From assembly GCA_902765485.1 (NCBI GenBank), contig CACWZZ010000016.1, positions 41,991 through 105,990 of the forward strand: a stretch of DNA of 64,000 bases, given 5' to 3'. Made by a program: the position numbers and the translations under genes. This DNA is from an uncultured Bacteroidales bacterium. GTDB lineage: Bacteria; Bacteroidota; Bacteroidia; Bacteroidales; Paludibacteraceae. Of this stretch, positions 1 through 7,834 are shown piece after piece. Position 1 is the first letter of the stretch. Each line of letters begins with the position of its first letter. The notes under the pieces were generated by a model. It saw nothing but the letters and a program-made list of their open reading frames with translations. It did not search any database and was not told where the DNA came from.

Positions 1-2
1 AA

Positions 3-251
3 TTGTTCCGTAGAGTCTTTTATTATCAAGATATATTGCGATATCGTAAAACAGGAACTTCTTCTTACCTTATAGATGACAATAATAATTTCATTTCTAT
101 GGAGCCAATATGGAGAAAATATGCTTTAAGGTACAATATTGAGCCGATATTTCTCTTACAGATGAGTTGTATGGATGAGGATAGGATGAGAAAAAATTCA
201 GTCAATGTTAATAACTATGAAACATTCAAGCCAATACAAGCACTTGAATGA
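3..251 (+). CDS. hypothetical protein, C-terminal part (may continue left of window)
   Basis: ORF track; AT-rich, co-directional with the next three ORFs; no motif recognised. Confidence 0.3.
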   Translation: MFRRVFYYQDILRYRKTGTSSYLIDDNNNFISMEPIWRKYALRYNIEPIFLLQMSCMDEDRMRKNSVNVNNYETFKPIQALE

Positions 252-296
252 CAAATTTTCGAAAGTCACGCTGTATTTTTTTTATATTGAAAGATT

Positions 297-563
297 ATGA
301 CACCACAAGAAATCAACGACCAGCTTGAATTGCTGCGTCTTAAAGAACTCTTTATGTCGGATATTAAGATCCGAAGCAAAATGGCTCATCTCTTGAGTGA
401 AGAATGTGCCGCAGAAATTCCACCTTACAAGGAATTTTGTGAGTTTGCTCATTGCACTCCAGAGGTAGCCACAATGCTTACAAAAGTCACGCTCTATGAT
501 GTGATTCTTACTCCGGAAGAAATCGCAGCTGAACGAGAAAGATTAGAAAGGATGAAACAATGA
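297..563 (+). CDS. hypothetical protein (88 aa)
   Basis: ORF track; stop overlaps next start (ATGA at 560-563). Confidence 0.4.
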   Translation: MTPQEINDQLELLRLKELFMSDIKIRSKMAHLLSEECAAEIPPYKEFCEFAHCTPEVATMLTKVTLYDVILTPEEIAAERERLERMKQ

Positions 564-1213
564 TACACTACAATGACAAATATCTTCGATATATAGAATG
601 GGAGATACGGACTACTCATGATAATAGAATGGATATTGAGGATTATACCCAATGTGAGTGTCTACTTGAATTGCGCCAAGATATTCTTAATGAGCAAGCG
701 TTGGCAAACCAAAAATGTCTTATGCAGGATATTATAGCCTTTAATGATGCTCTGTATCTCGCTTTGCAAAAGATGTATGATCATGCGCATGAACTATACT
801 CTCGAATGTCCGCATTTCAGCCAAATGTGGAATTAGTAGCCAATTGTTTTTTGTCAAAAGAGTATCCTTCTCTTCACCCATTTCAAAATGATAGCAGGCA
901 AGAATTATGGGAGGCATTGTGTGATACCGGTTGGAACTCATTGTATGATACCGGTGTGACGCGCAGTTTATACCTTCCTCAAAACTTGGAGGTCTCTTTC
1001 GAAGAGTTCATCGGCATGGACTGTAAACCGGATAATTGGAATGAGCGGTTGGATCAAAACCTCACAAAGGACCTGCATCTTATCAATGCCTTCCATAATC
1101 TCTTCGACCATACCAACTTTGCACTAACAGATTTTATCTTCTGTCGAGAGTTTGACCTTGAGTACAGCATAAATTACACAGAAAAAACAACACATAAAAA
1201 TGAACAGTTATGA
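560..1213 (+). CDS. hypothetical protein (217 aa)
   Basis: ORF track; 4-nt overlaps with both neighbours suggest an operon; no motif recognised. Confidence 0.5.
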   Translation: MIHYNDKYLRYIEWEIRTTHDNRMDIEDYTQCECLLELRQDILNEQALANQKCLMQDIIAFNDALYLALQKMYDHAHELYSRMSAFQPNVELVANCFLSKEYPSLHPFQNDSRQELWEALCDTGWNSLYDTGVTRSLYLPQNLEVSFEEFIGMDCKPDNWNERLDQNLTKDLHLINAFHNLFDHTNFALTDFIFCREFDLEYSINYTEKTTHKNEQL

Positions 1214-2058
1214 AAACATTTGTAAGAAAACACTTCAAAGATGAGTATGGAGTTGAATTTTCCACTTGTGGCGACATTACCACACTCACACGTATGCCAT
1301 CGGGCTTAAAGGGAGAATATCGAATTCCGGATTTTGTGACTGACATCGGCGCATATGCCATAAATGGATGCAATGAGTTGACATCACTAATCATTCCGAA
1401 AACAGTATCGGTGATAGAAAAGAATAATTTTGAGTTGTGTGAACAACTGACTTCACTGGTCGTTGAGCAAGGAAATCCTATGTTTGACTCACGTGACAAC
1501 TGCAATGCTATCATTGTTACTGCGACTAACACACTGGTTCATGGTTGCAATAGTTCATCTATACCTGAAGGCATTGAGGTAATTGCAGACTCTGCCTTTT
1601 CTCAACGGCGTAATTTATCGCACATTTCTATTCCGGATAGCGTTGTGTATATTGGTGAATTCGCTTTTTTAGGATGTTTCTCTCTGGAAAGTGAAATAGC
1701 ATTACAAGGAATACGTCAAGTAACAAGAAGTTGTTTCGACGGGTGCAGCAATCTAAAAAAAATCACAATTGGCAGTGGTATAGAAGCCATAGAAACAAGT
1801 GCTTTTGCCGGTTGCTCTATGCTGTCCGAAGTGGTAATATCTGAGGGCACAAAGTATATAGAGACATGGACCTTTGCTAACTGTAATAACTTGGCGTCAA
1901 TCATCTTGCCGAAATCAATTGAACGCATTGAGCCCACAGCATTTGACAGATGCAATCGTATTGAACGCATACTCATTCCACAGGGCACCGTAGAATATTT
2001 TATGCGCTTCGACGCACTCAAACAATTTCGGCATCGCATATCAACTTTTCTTAAATAA
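1210..2058 (+). CDS. BspA-type leucine-rich repeat protein
   Basis: Repeated ~23-aa units of the form I-IP-sV--Ig--AF--C--L (e.g. ISIPDSVVYIGEFAFLGCFSL, ITIGSGIEAIETSAFAGCSML). Confidence 0.75.
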   Translation: MKTFVRKHFKDEYGVEFSTCGDITTLTRMPSGLKGEYRIPDFVTDIGAYAINGCNELTSLIIPKTVSVIEKNNFELCEQLTSLVVEQGNPMFDSRDNCNAIIVTATNTLVHGCNSSSIPEGIEVIADSAFSQRRNLSHISIPDSVVYIGEFAFLGCFSLESEIALQGIRQVTRSCFDGCSNLKKITIGSGIEAIETSAFAGCSMLSEVVISEGTKYIETWTFANCNNLASIILPKSIERIEPTAFDRCNRIERILIPQGTVEYFMRFDALKQFRHRISTFLK

Positions 2059-2059
2059 G

Positions 2060-2203
2060 GTTGACAGTTATTTAGGAAAAGTCAATCAGTACAACATCTG
2101 TCAAGCAATTTAGGATGGATGTCAACAAATTTAGTACAACTGTAAACTCTTTTAGGAAAGTGTAAACAGATTCCAGAAGAGTGACAAGTAATTTAGTTAA
2201 AAT
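2060..2203. repeat. seven phased ~19-23 bp iteron-like direct repeats (GTyAAC..TTTAGGAAA)
   Basis: Units start at 2060, 2081, 2100, 2121, 2142, 2162, 2181. Positions 2121-2203 recur at 30296-30378 with one mismatch. Confidence 0.8.
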
Positions 2204-2204
2204 A

Positions 2205-2500
2205 TGGCAAAACTGGCAAAACTGACATATAATTTTTTGTTATGACCGTTTTGACCTTTTTGACCGTTTCGCCCCAAACGGTCAATCCGGTCAATCCGGT
2301 CATGTTATTTTTTTGTATTGCACTTTCTGCACTTTTTGCACTTTCTATACTTTTTGACCATCAAAATGCAAATAGTGCAAATAGTGCAATGTCATTTTTT
2401 TGCCACTTTTGCCATTTCTGCCATGTCAAATTTTTTCTTCTTTTACCCCGAATCGGATTCGGGGGCTACTCAAATCGTTATATATTCTTGTATATTCTTA
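2205..2500. repeat. composite non-coding module of six tandem 9-mer word blocks plus hairpin (copy A)
   Basis: GGCAAAACT x2, GACCGTTTT x3, GGTCAATCC x2+, TGCACTTTC x3, TGCAAATAG x3, TGCCACTTT x3; hairpin at 2446-2464; inverted copy at 29967-30242. Confidence 0.85.
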
Positions 2501-2620
2501 ATCATCCGTTACCCATCGCCGACACTCTCTCCTGCCCCTGACCATCCTGTGCCTTGCCCCAAAAGAGCCGACAAATTTATGAAAAACGTAAGAAAACTTG
2601 CATATCTCACAAAAAAGTTG

Positions 2621-2628
2621 TACCTTTG
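2621..2628 (+). promoter_or_regulatory. Bacteroidota -7 promoter box (TACCTTTG)
   Basis: Matches TAnnTTTG; lies upstream of the XRE gene. Confidence 0.55.
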
Positions 2629-2649
2629 CGGCGAATTTTAACTATTATG

Positions 2650-2686
2650 GTATATAAATTAAGTAAAAAAGTACAAATTTATATAC
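2650..2686. promoter_or_regulatory. 11-bp inverted repeat, candidate operator
   Basis: GTATATAAATT ... AATTTATATAC with a 15-nt spacer, between the -7 box and the XRE start. Confidence 0.4.
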
Positions 2687-2742
2687 TATCGTAAGTATAA
2701 CCAGCACAGAAAGCAAGATTATCTACTATAATATATAGTATT

Positions 2743-2955
2743 ATGAGAACGGAAATTGCAACCACTGTCAAAGCCTTGCGGAAACAATATGGCTTAACAC
2801 AAGAGGAGGCGGCTCGCAAAGCAGGAGTAAGTCTGGCGTTCCTCCGAGAATTGGAGCAGGAAAAGACAACTGCCCGTATGGATACGGTTAATCAGTTGCT
2901 CAACCTCTTCAACTATTGTTTAACCGCTCAACCCAAAGATCATGCGCAAAGCTAA
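2743..2955 (+). CDS. XRE-family helix-turn-helix transcriptional regulator (70 aa)
   Basis: LRKQYGLTQEEAARKAGVSLAFLRELEQ is a typical HTH_3 signature. Confidence 0.8.
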   Translation: MRTEIATTVKALRKQYGLTQEEAARKAGVSLAFLRELEQEKTTARMDTVNQLLNLFNYCLTAQPKDHAQS

Positions 2956-2976
2956 ATGGGAAGAGATAATTGACAA

Positions 2977-4719
2977 CTACCACTTTTTCTGGCGGAAGAG
3001 GCCGCCGAGGAGGGAAAGGATAAGGTAGAAAGGATAGAGGAGCTCTAACAAGAGAGCCACGTACCACGCGGTGCGTGGTTCTTTATTTGTGGGTTGTGGT
3101 TGGTGGTTTGTAGTTTCTCTTTTGCGGATAAGACCGTACTCGATCGGGAATTTAATGAGGAGGACGAGGGGGCAGAGGAGTTGGAGAATGTTGGCTGCCA
3201 CGACCAGTGCGCCGCAACGGAGGATGTCCGGGTCGGTGTATTTAGGGGCTTTGCCTGCCCAGCGCATTCTCTGGCGGAAGAAAGCCTTCCACGTGGGAAC
3301 AGGACGAACGACGGCGGTGTAGTCGGGTTCGTCAATGACCGCTATCTTCATGCCTCGACGTTTCATGGCTTCCAAGAGGAACATATCGTCGCCGGACGGG
3401 ATCTCGGGATGCAGGTCGGGTTCGCATTCCAACCATGCTTCCCTGCGCACAATGAGGTTCGCGCCGGAACACATGACGGCATGACCACGTTTGGCAGTAC
3501 GCATGGTCAGTTCCTGTATGGCGGCGTATTCGGCTATTTGTAATTTTTCCAACAAGGAAGGGCTATCGCTTTCGCTCACCATCTTAAGTGGCAGAATTAC
3601 AAGATCGCTTTCAGGTCTGATCAAGACCTCGTGCCAGATGACATCGTCATCGTGGAGCCAGACGTATTCCGTTTGGGCGGCGTGGATGAGTTTGGAGAGG
3701 GCATGTTTCTTGCCCAAATTGTCATCATTGACGCCCCGGATCGGGGTAATATGGGTAACAAACCCGTCTGTAATGTCCGTAGTGGTCACGAAGTGGTCGC
3801 GGTATCGACTGCTAACCAAGTGCCAGAATTCTACAAACCGGGGGTAACTTTTGGCGATACATTCCTGTTCGGATTCAGATACGGGAAAATCTGCAGCCAT
3901 GAGTGCCATCGCCATTCGGTGGTCGGAGCGCACTTCGTGCTTTTGCACCGCCTCGATTCGGTCGGATTCTTTGAACCGCAAGCGCTCTGTGCCGGTGGCT
4001 TGGAGGGTTATGCCGAGGCGTTCGCAGGTCAGCGCGATCGCCGGATATAAATCAGGGCAGTTGGTAAACCCCACCCTAATCCTCCCCTCAAGGGGAGGGG
4101 AAAAGAGGGAGGGAGTTTTGGCTATGCGTGCTCCTTCGGGGGTGAAGGTTGTTTGGACGCCGAAATGGGCGGCGTAGAGGTCGGCTACTATGCGGTCGCC
4201 TTGGAGGCTGTCGGGTTTGAGTCCCTCTAACAGCAACTCGCCGCCATGGATGGCGATGTATTCGTACCAGAAGGCGGCGGAGGACCAGCATGGCTCTATA
4301 TCATCAGCCATGCATGGCTGATACATGGAGACCATGCGGCGGCTCATCGTGATATAGGGAGATTCGTTTTCGGCAACGGGGATATCTTCGCCGTGCAAGA
4401 TAAGAGCAGAAGTGGTTTGGGTTGTGGGTGCCCCTTTGCGCTCCATGAGCCGCGGGTCACCGGTAAGCGTGATCGGTGCGCCCGGGTAACATTTCTGCAG
4501 ATGAACTTCCAGAAAACGAAGGGCGGTACCATTATTCTTCAAATACAGCGTTAACGGCTCACCTTTCTTATACTCCCTCAACTGCTCCAACGCATCGTGG
4601 AGGACGATGACGTCATCCGGCATATCGCGAGAGACCCTCATCAGAGGGTCCCCGTGAATTGCCTGCAATAGAAGAATTCTATTGGCGATGGATTTCGATA
4701 TCGGAAGTTTAATTGACAT
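2977..4719 (-). CDS. EPSP-synthase-like domain (shortened) fused to an N-terminally short family-2 glycosyltransferase with C-terminal TM helices
   Basis: EPSPS motifs: LPISKSIANRILL, GTALRFL, KESDR, DHRMAMAL, KSYPRF. Then GT2 motifs: LHDDDV, GANLIVRR, QRMRWA. Start uncertain (4719 or 4794); the part of the ORF-track model above 4719 overlaps the upstream gene. Confidence 0.6.
   Translation of the reverse strand: MSIKLPISKSIANRILLLQAIHGDPLMRVSRDMPDDVIVLHDALEQLREYKKGEPLTLYLKNNGTALRFLEVHLQKCYPGAPITLTGDPRLMERKGAPTTQTTSALILHGEDIPVAENESPYITMSRRMVSMYQPCMADDIEPCWSSAAFWYEYIAIHGGELLLEGLKPDSLQGDRIVADLYAAHFGVQTTFTPEGARIAKTPSLFSPPLEGRIRVGFTNCPDLYPAIALTCERLGITLQATGTERLRFKESDRIEAVQKHEVRSDHRMAMALMAADFPVSESEQECIAKSYPRFVEFWHLVSSRYRDHFVTTTDITDGFVTHITPIRGVNDDNLGKKHALSKLIHAAQTEYVWLHDDDVIWHEVLIRPESDLVILPLKMVSESDSPSLLEKLQIAEYAAIQELTMRTAKRGHAVMCSGANLIVRREAWLECEPDLHPEIPSGDDMFLLEAMKRRGMKIAVIDEPDYTAVVRPVPTWKAFFRQRMRWAGKAPKYTDPDILRCGALVVAANILQLLCPLVLLIKFPIEYGLIRKRETTNHQPQPTNKEPRTAWYVALLLELLYPFYLILSLLGGLFRQKKW
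4068..4116. repeat. GC-rich hairpin mini-element, copy a (in-frame in a CDS)
   Basis: CCTCCCC-TCAA-GGGGAGG stem-loop at 4081-4098 with C-rich/G-rich flanks; encodes SPPLEGR. Confidence 0.6.
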
Positions 4720-6715
4720 CCGGCAGCGGACTGTAGTCGTGGCTGTAACGGAGATGTTGCTCGATATAGCCTTCCGTGAAATCGATCTTAACATCCGTGA
4801 TATTGCCCTCGGCATCGCGAACGGCAGTATAAACCGGATTGACGAAACCCTTGTACGGCGCAAGATTGAGTTTCTTATAGCGCTCCAGGATCTCTTTATG
4901 CAGGTCCTGGTCCACCTTAACCGCATATTTCTCCACGATCGCTTTGGCAGCAGGATAATCGCCTTCGGAGGTGATGCGCTGGATCTCAGCCAGCAGTTCG
5001 CCATAGAGGCGACGCAGCCCTTCGTAGTCGTTGATTTGCAGATAGTGCTTGCCGTCGCGCTCGATAATCTCCACCTCTTTGTTGGTCGCATGATCATAGA
5101 CCCATCCGGCGATCAGTTGGCGGTTGCGCATGTGCGCTTCCTCAATATCTTTACCCGGTTCGATACGCACAAGTTGGGTCATCAGACCGTTCATCATCTG
5201 CTGGTAATAACCGGCTTTGTACGCCTCCATATTGGGCAGCAGACCGAGTTCCACGAGTTTGGGATCCGCCAAATAATAGAGCCCGAAGAGGTCCGCGCGC
5301 GCTTCCTCGATCGTCGAAGCGTGCTCCTTGAGTGCATCCTTGGTCACACCTGGCAACAGCTTGCCGGAACCGTGTCCGACGCACTCATGGAGGTCCGTAT
5401 GGAGGTCACCGCAGGCCGCTCCGTACTGCTCATAGATAGCGCGGATCTCGTCGTCAATCATGAACTCCTCGTTGAAACCGTTACCCTTCGCAGCCTCGTT
5501 GTACGCGTGCATGAGGTTGTCAATGGTGACGGATTTGGAGCCGTACTCCTTGCGAATCCAGTTGGCGTTCGGCAGGTTGATGCCGATCGGCGTAGCGGGA
5601 TAGCAGTCTCCGGCAAGGATAGCCGCGGTAATAACCTTTGCGGTCACACCTTTGACTTCCTCTTTTTTGTATTTGGGATCGGTGGTCGAGTGGTCCTCAA
5701 ACCACTGCGCGTTGGAGGAGATGAGTTGGGTGCGCTTGGTAGCCGCAAGGTCCTTGAAGTTAACCATGGACTCCCATGTGCCGGTGATTCCGAGCGGGTC
5801 GGTGTACGTCTCCGTAAAACCGTTGACGTAGTCCACGCGGCTGTCGAGGTCGCGCACCCACGCGATACAATATTCATTGAAAGTCTTGAGGTCACCCGTT
5901 TCGTTGAACTCAATCATTTTCTCGATTGCCAGTTTCTGGGCGTCGTTTTCGGCATACTTCAGCGCTTCACGGAGCCAATAAACGATGTGTTCGAGCGCTT
6001 CTCCATAGAGACCACCCACTTTATAAACCTGCTCCTCGATCTCGCCGTTTGCGTTCTTGACAAGTTTGGAGTTCAGACCGATCCAGAGCGGCTCAGAGCT
6101 GTTGTCCTTATGAAGGGCATACCACTCCTCGGCTTCCGCTTGGGTCACGCCTTCGCCGTAGTAGTTGCCGGCAGAGTTGAGCACCAGATCCACGCCGTCC
6201 TGCGCGGTAGTGCGCTTCGCCATGATAGCCGGGTCGAACATCACCGGCAGGATCGCCTCATCGTATTGCACACCCGCTTTCTCGCAAGCGGCAACGAACC
6301 ACTCCTGGCTGAACTCCGGCAGGAACTTATCCTCGGAATAATGATGGTGAATACCATTGGAGAACCAGACGCGCTTGAGGTAACGCTCGAAGGCGGCGAA
6401 CTCGTCCGTATTCTTATCATACGGATAGTTCACATACAGGTTCTCCAACGCACGACGGATACGGAGATTGTAGCGTCCGTTCTGGTCAAACAAGATATCG
6501 CGTCCCCATAGAGCCGCTTCACTCAAGCAATAGATGAGCTGCTTCTGCTGCAGACTCAACGAATCGAACTCCGGCACGTCATAGCGCAGGATCTCCAGGT
6601 CATAAAACTTATCCACGTTGTATTGGAAGGAGGTTGTTTCTTTCGGCTGGCAAGCGGTGAACGCAAGAGACAAAAGAATGAATAATGAATAATGATTAAT
6701 TGATAATTTTTTCAT
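4709..6715 (-). CDS. peptidase family M49 (dipeptidyl-peptidase III-like) lipoprotein
   Basis: HECVGHGSGK plus EEARAD zinc motifs; MKKLSINHYSLFILLSLAFTAC lipobox from the ATG at 6715. Confidence 0.85.
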   Translation of the reverse strand: MKKLSINHYSLFILLSLAFTACQPKETTSFQYNVDKFYDLEILRYDVPEFDSLSLQQKQLIYCLSEAALWGRDILFDQNGRYNLRIRRALENLYVNYPYDKNTDEFAAFERYLKRVWFSNGIHHHYSEDKFLPEFSQEWFVAACEKAGVQYDEAILPVMFDPAIMAKRTTAQDGVDLVLNSAGNYYGEGVTQAEAEEWYALHKDNSSEPLWIGLNSKLVKNANGEIEEQVYKVGGLYGEALEHIVYWLREALKYAENDAQKLAIEKMIEFNETGDLKTFNEYCIAWVRDLDSRVDYVNGFTETYTDPLGITGTWESMVNFKDLAATKRTQLISSNAQWFEDHSTTDPKYKKEEVKGVTAKVITAAILAGDCYPATPIGINLPNANWIRKEYGSKSVTIDNLMHAYNEAAKGNGFNEEFMIDDEIRAIYEQYGAACGDLHTDLHECVGHGSGKLLPGVTKDALKEHASTIEEARADLFGLYYLADPKLVELGLLPNMEAYKAGYYQQMMNGLMTQLVRIEPGKDIEEAHMRNRQLIAGWVYDHATNKEVEIIERDGKHYLQINDYEGLRRLYGELLAEIQRITSEGDYPAAKAIVEKYAVKVDQDLHKEILERYKKLNLAPYKGFVNPVYTAVRDAEGNITDVKIDFTEGYIEQHLRYSHDYSPLPDVN

Positions 6716-6737
6716 ATCTCTAAATATAAATTGTGTG

Positions 6738-6745
6738 CAAAGATA
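6738..6745 (-). promoter_or_regulatory. -7 promoter box (TATCTTTG on minus strand)
   Basis: TAnnTTTG match 23 nt upstream of the M49 peptidase start. Confidence 0.55.
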
Positions 6746-6754
6746 CAACAAATA

Positions 6755-6786
6755 ATTCAAAATTCAAAATTCAAAAGTTCAAAATT
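6755..6786. repeat. tandem 7-mer word array (ATTCAAA x3-4)
   Basis: Read directly; lies just upstream of the -7 box of the M49 peptidase gene. Confidence 0.7.
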
Positions 6787-6850
6787 AAGCAAAACGCAAA
6801 AAAAATCGCCCCTAAGAGCGATTTTTTTGCACTTCGTATGTCCTTCGTAC

Positions 6851-7831
6851 TTATTTTACGCGGGAACCTTGTACATTATACATGATTCCATTGTACATCA
6901 GATAGAGTTGTCCGTTGCGGATCATTTTGGAAGCCTCGCCTGAAGGGAAGGGGGTATTCTCCAGACCCGTGACCAGCATGTCGGGATGCAGGTCTTCCGC
7001 TCCGGTGATCTCGGTACTCGTTTCACCGATCCATCCGCATACCTGTTGCACGGCGGTATAGACTTTGACGAAATGAATAGCCGGCAGGAAAACGGGATTG
7101 CCGCTGTTATCCACCGCCCATCGGATGCAGAACTGACATCCGTCAGTCTTATTGGGATGGTTATCGGCATAGCCGTAGTCATAGGTATAGAGGACGAAGG
7201 AGTGCTGTCCGTTCTCGCCCTCATCCACGGCATTGGGAGCCAGAAGCGAGCCGGTGAAAGTGAGTTCATCGGGTGCCCAAAGGGGGAAATAGTCCTGCTG
7301 ATGAAAACTATTACGCGGCACAACGCCAGATCCTCCCCTGTTGTCGGTCCAAGGGATGTCTGCGAGCCCATCCGGGCGGGTATAAGTGACGGCATAGCGG
7401 TGGACGGTAGCAGGCGAGTTATACTCGCTTCCCGCCAGTTCGTACCACGGGTCATCGGGCAGTCCGTTCCCATTGGCGTCATAGCTGACCATGACGATTC
7501 CGGGTTCGGCAGCTCCCCCTTTGCGGGATGTGTCCTTGGCATAGGAGGCATAAGACGCATTGCCGGTGATGCGGAAGTCATAGTCGTTTAGCGAGTTGGT
7601 AACCGGATGATCAAACCCGAATACGATATAGCCACCCCACGCACCAAGACAGACCATCCCGCCGGCGTTATTAGCGAGAGCCGCTTCGGCTTTGGCAGCC
7701 ATCGTCTCGGGCGTATCGTCCGTTGTAGCAGCCGGCATCGCGTTGGTGAACTGCCCAGGCGCGGGCATATATTCATACACCCGCGCCAAATAGGGCGAAA
7801 CGGCCAATAAGATAGTTAGTAACACATGCAT
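6851..7831 (-). CDS. secreted/cell-surface protein of unknown function with a conserved C-terminal tail
   Basis: N-terminal hydrophobic signal; starts 3 nt after the giant upstream gene; C-terminus MIRNGQLYLMYNGIMYNVQGSRVK. Confidence 0.7.
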   Translation of the reverse strand: MHVLLTILLAVSPYLARVYEYMPAPGQFTNAMPAATTDDTPETMAAKAEAALANNAGGMVCLGAWGGYIVFGFDHPVTNSLNDYDFRITGNASYASYAKDTSRKGGAAEPGIVMVSYDANGNGLPDDPWYELAGSEYNSPATVHRYAVTYTRPDGLADIPWTDNRGGSGVVPRNSFHQQDYFPLWAPDELTFTGSLLAPNAVDEGENGQHSFVLYTYDYGYADNHPNKTDGCQFCIRWAVDNSGNPVFLPAIHFVKVYTAVQQVCGWIGETSTEITGAEDLHPDMLVTGLENTPFPSGEASKMIRNGQLYLMYNGIMYNVQGSRVK

Positions 7832-7834
7832 GGC

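Noticed and set aside
2242-2641. ORFs of 99 and 107 aa across the 9-mer module (and 92/69-aa ORFs at 29966-30244)
   Set aside because: Their sequences are just translated tandem 9-mers (FCHFCHFCH, ANSANSA, GKTGKT). The two DNA copies differ by indels that break every frame, and one model needs a TTG start. The module is therefore non-coding.
4720-5097. N-terminal 126 aa of the 706-aa ORF-track model 2977-5097
   Set aside because: This part overlaps the 3' end of the M49 peptidase gene in another frame and is Arg/Ser-rich junk. The EPSPS motif LPISKS begins just after the M at 4719. An alternative start at 4794 remains possible.
4682-6511. 609-aa plus-strand ORF, and similar long antisense ORFs (7928-9112, 10802-11722, 19753-20655, 21332-22147, 37133-38113, 45628-46485, 51200-52276, 53602-54579, 61693-62361, 62515-63216)
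   Set aside because: Each lies fully antisense to a CDS with clear family motifs. Their translations are low-complexity (R/V/H/L-rich) with no motifs. These are typical shadow ORFs of GC-rich coding DNA.
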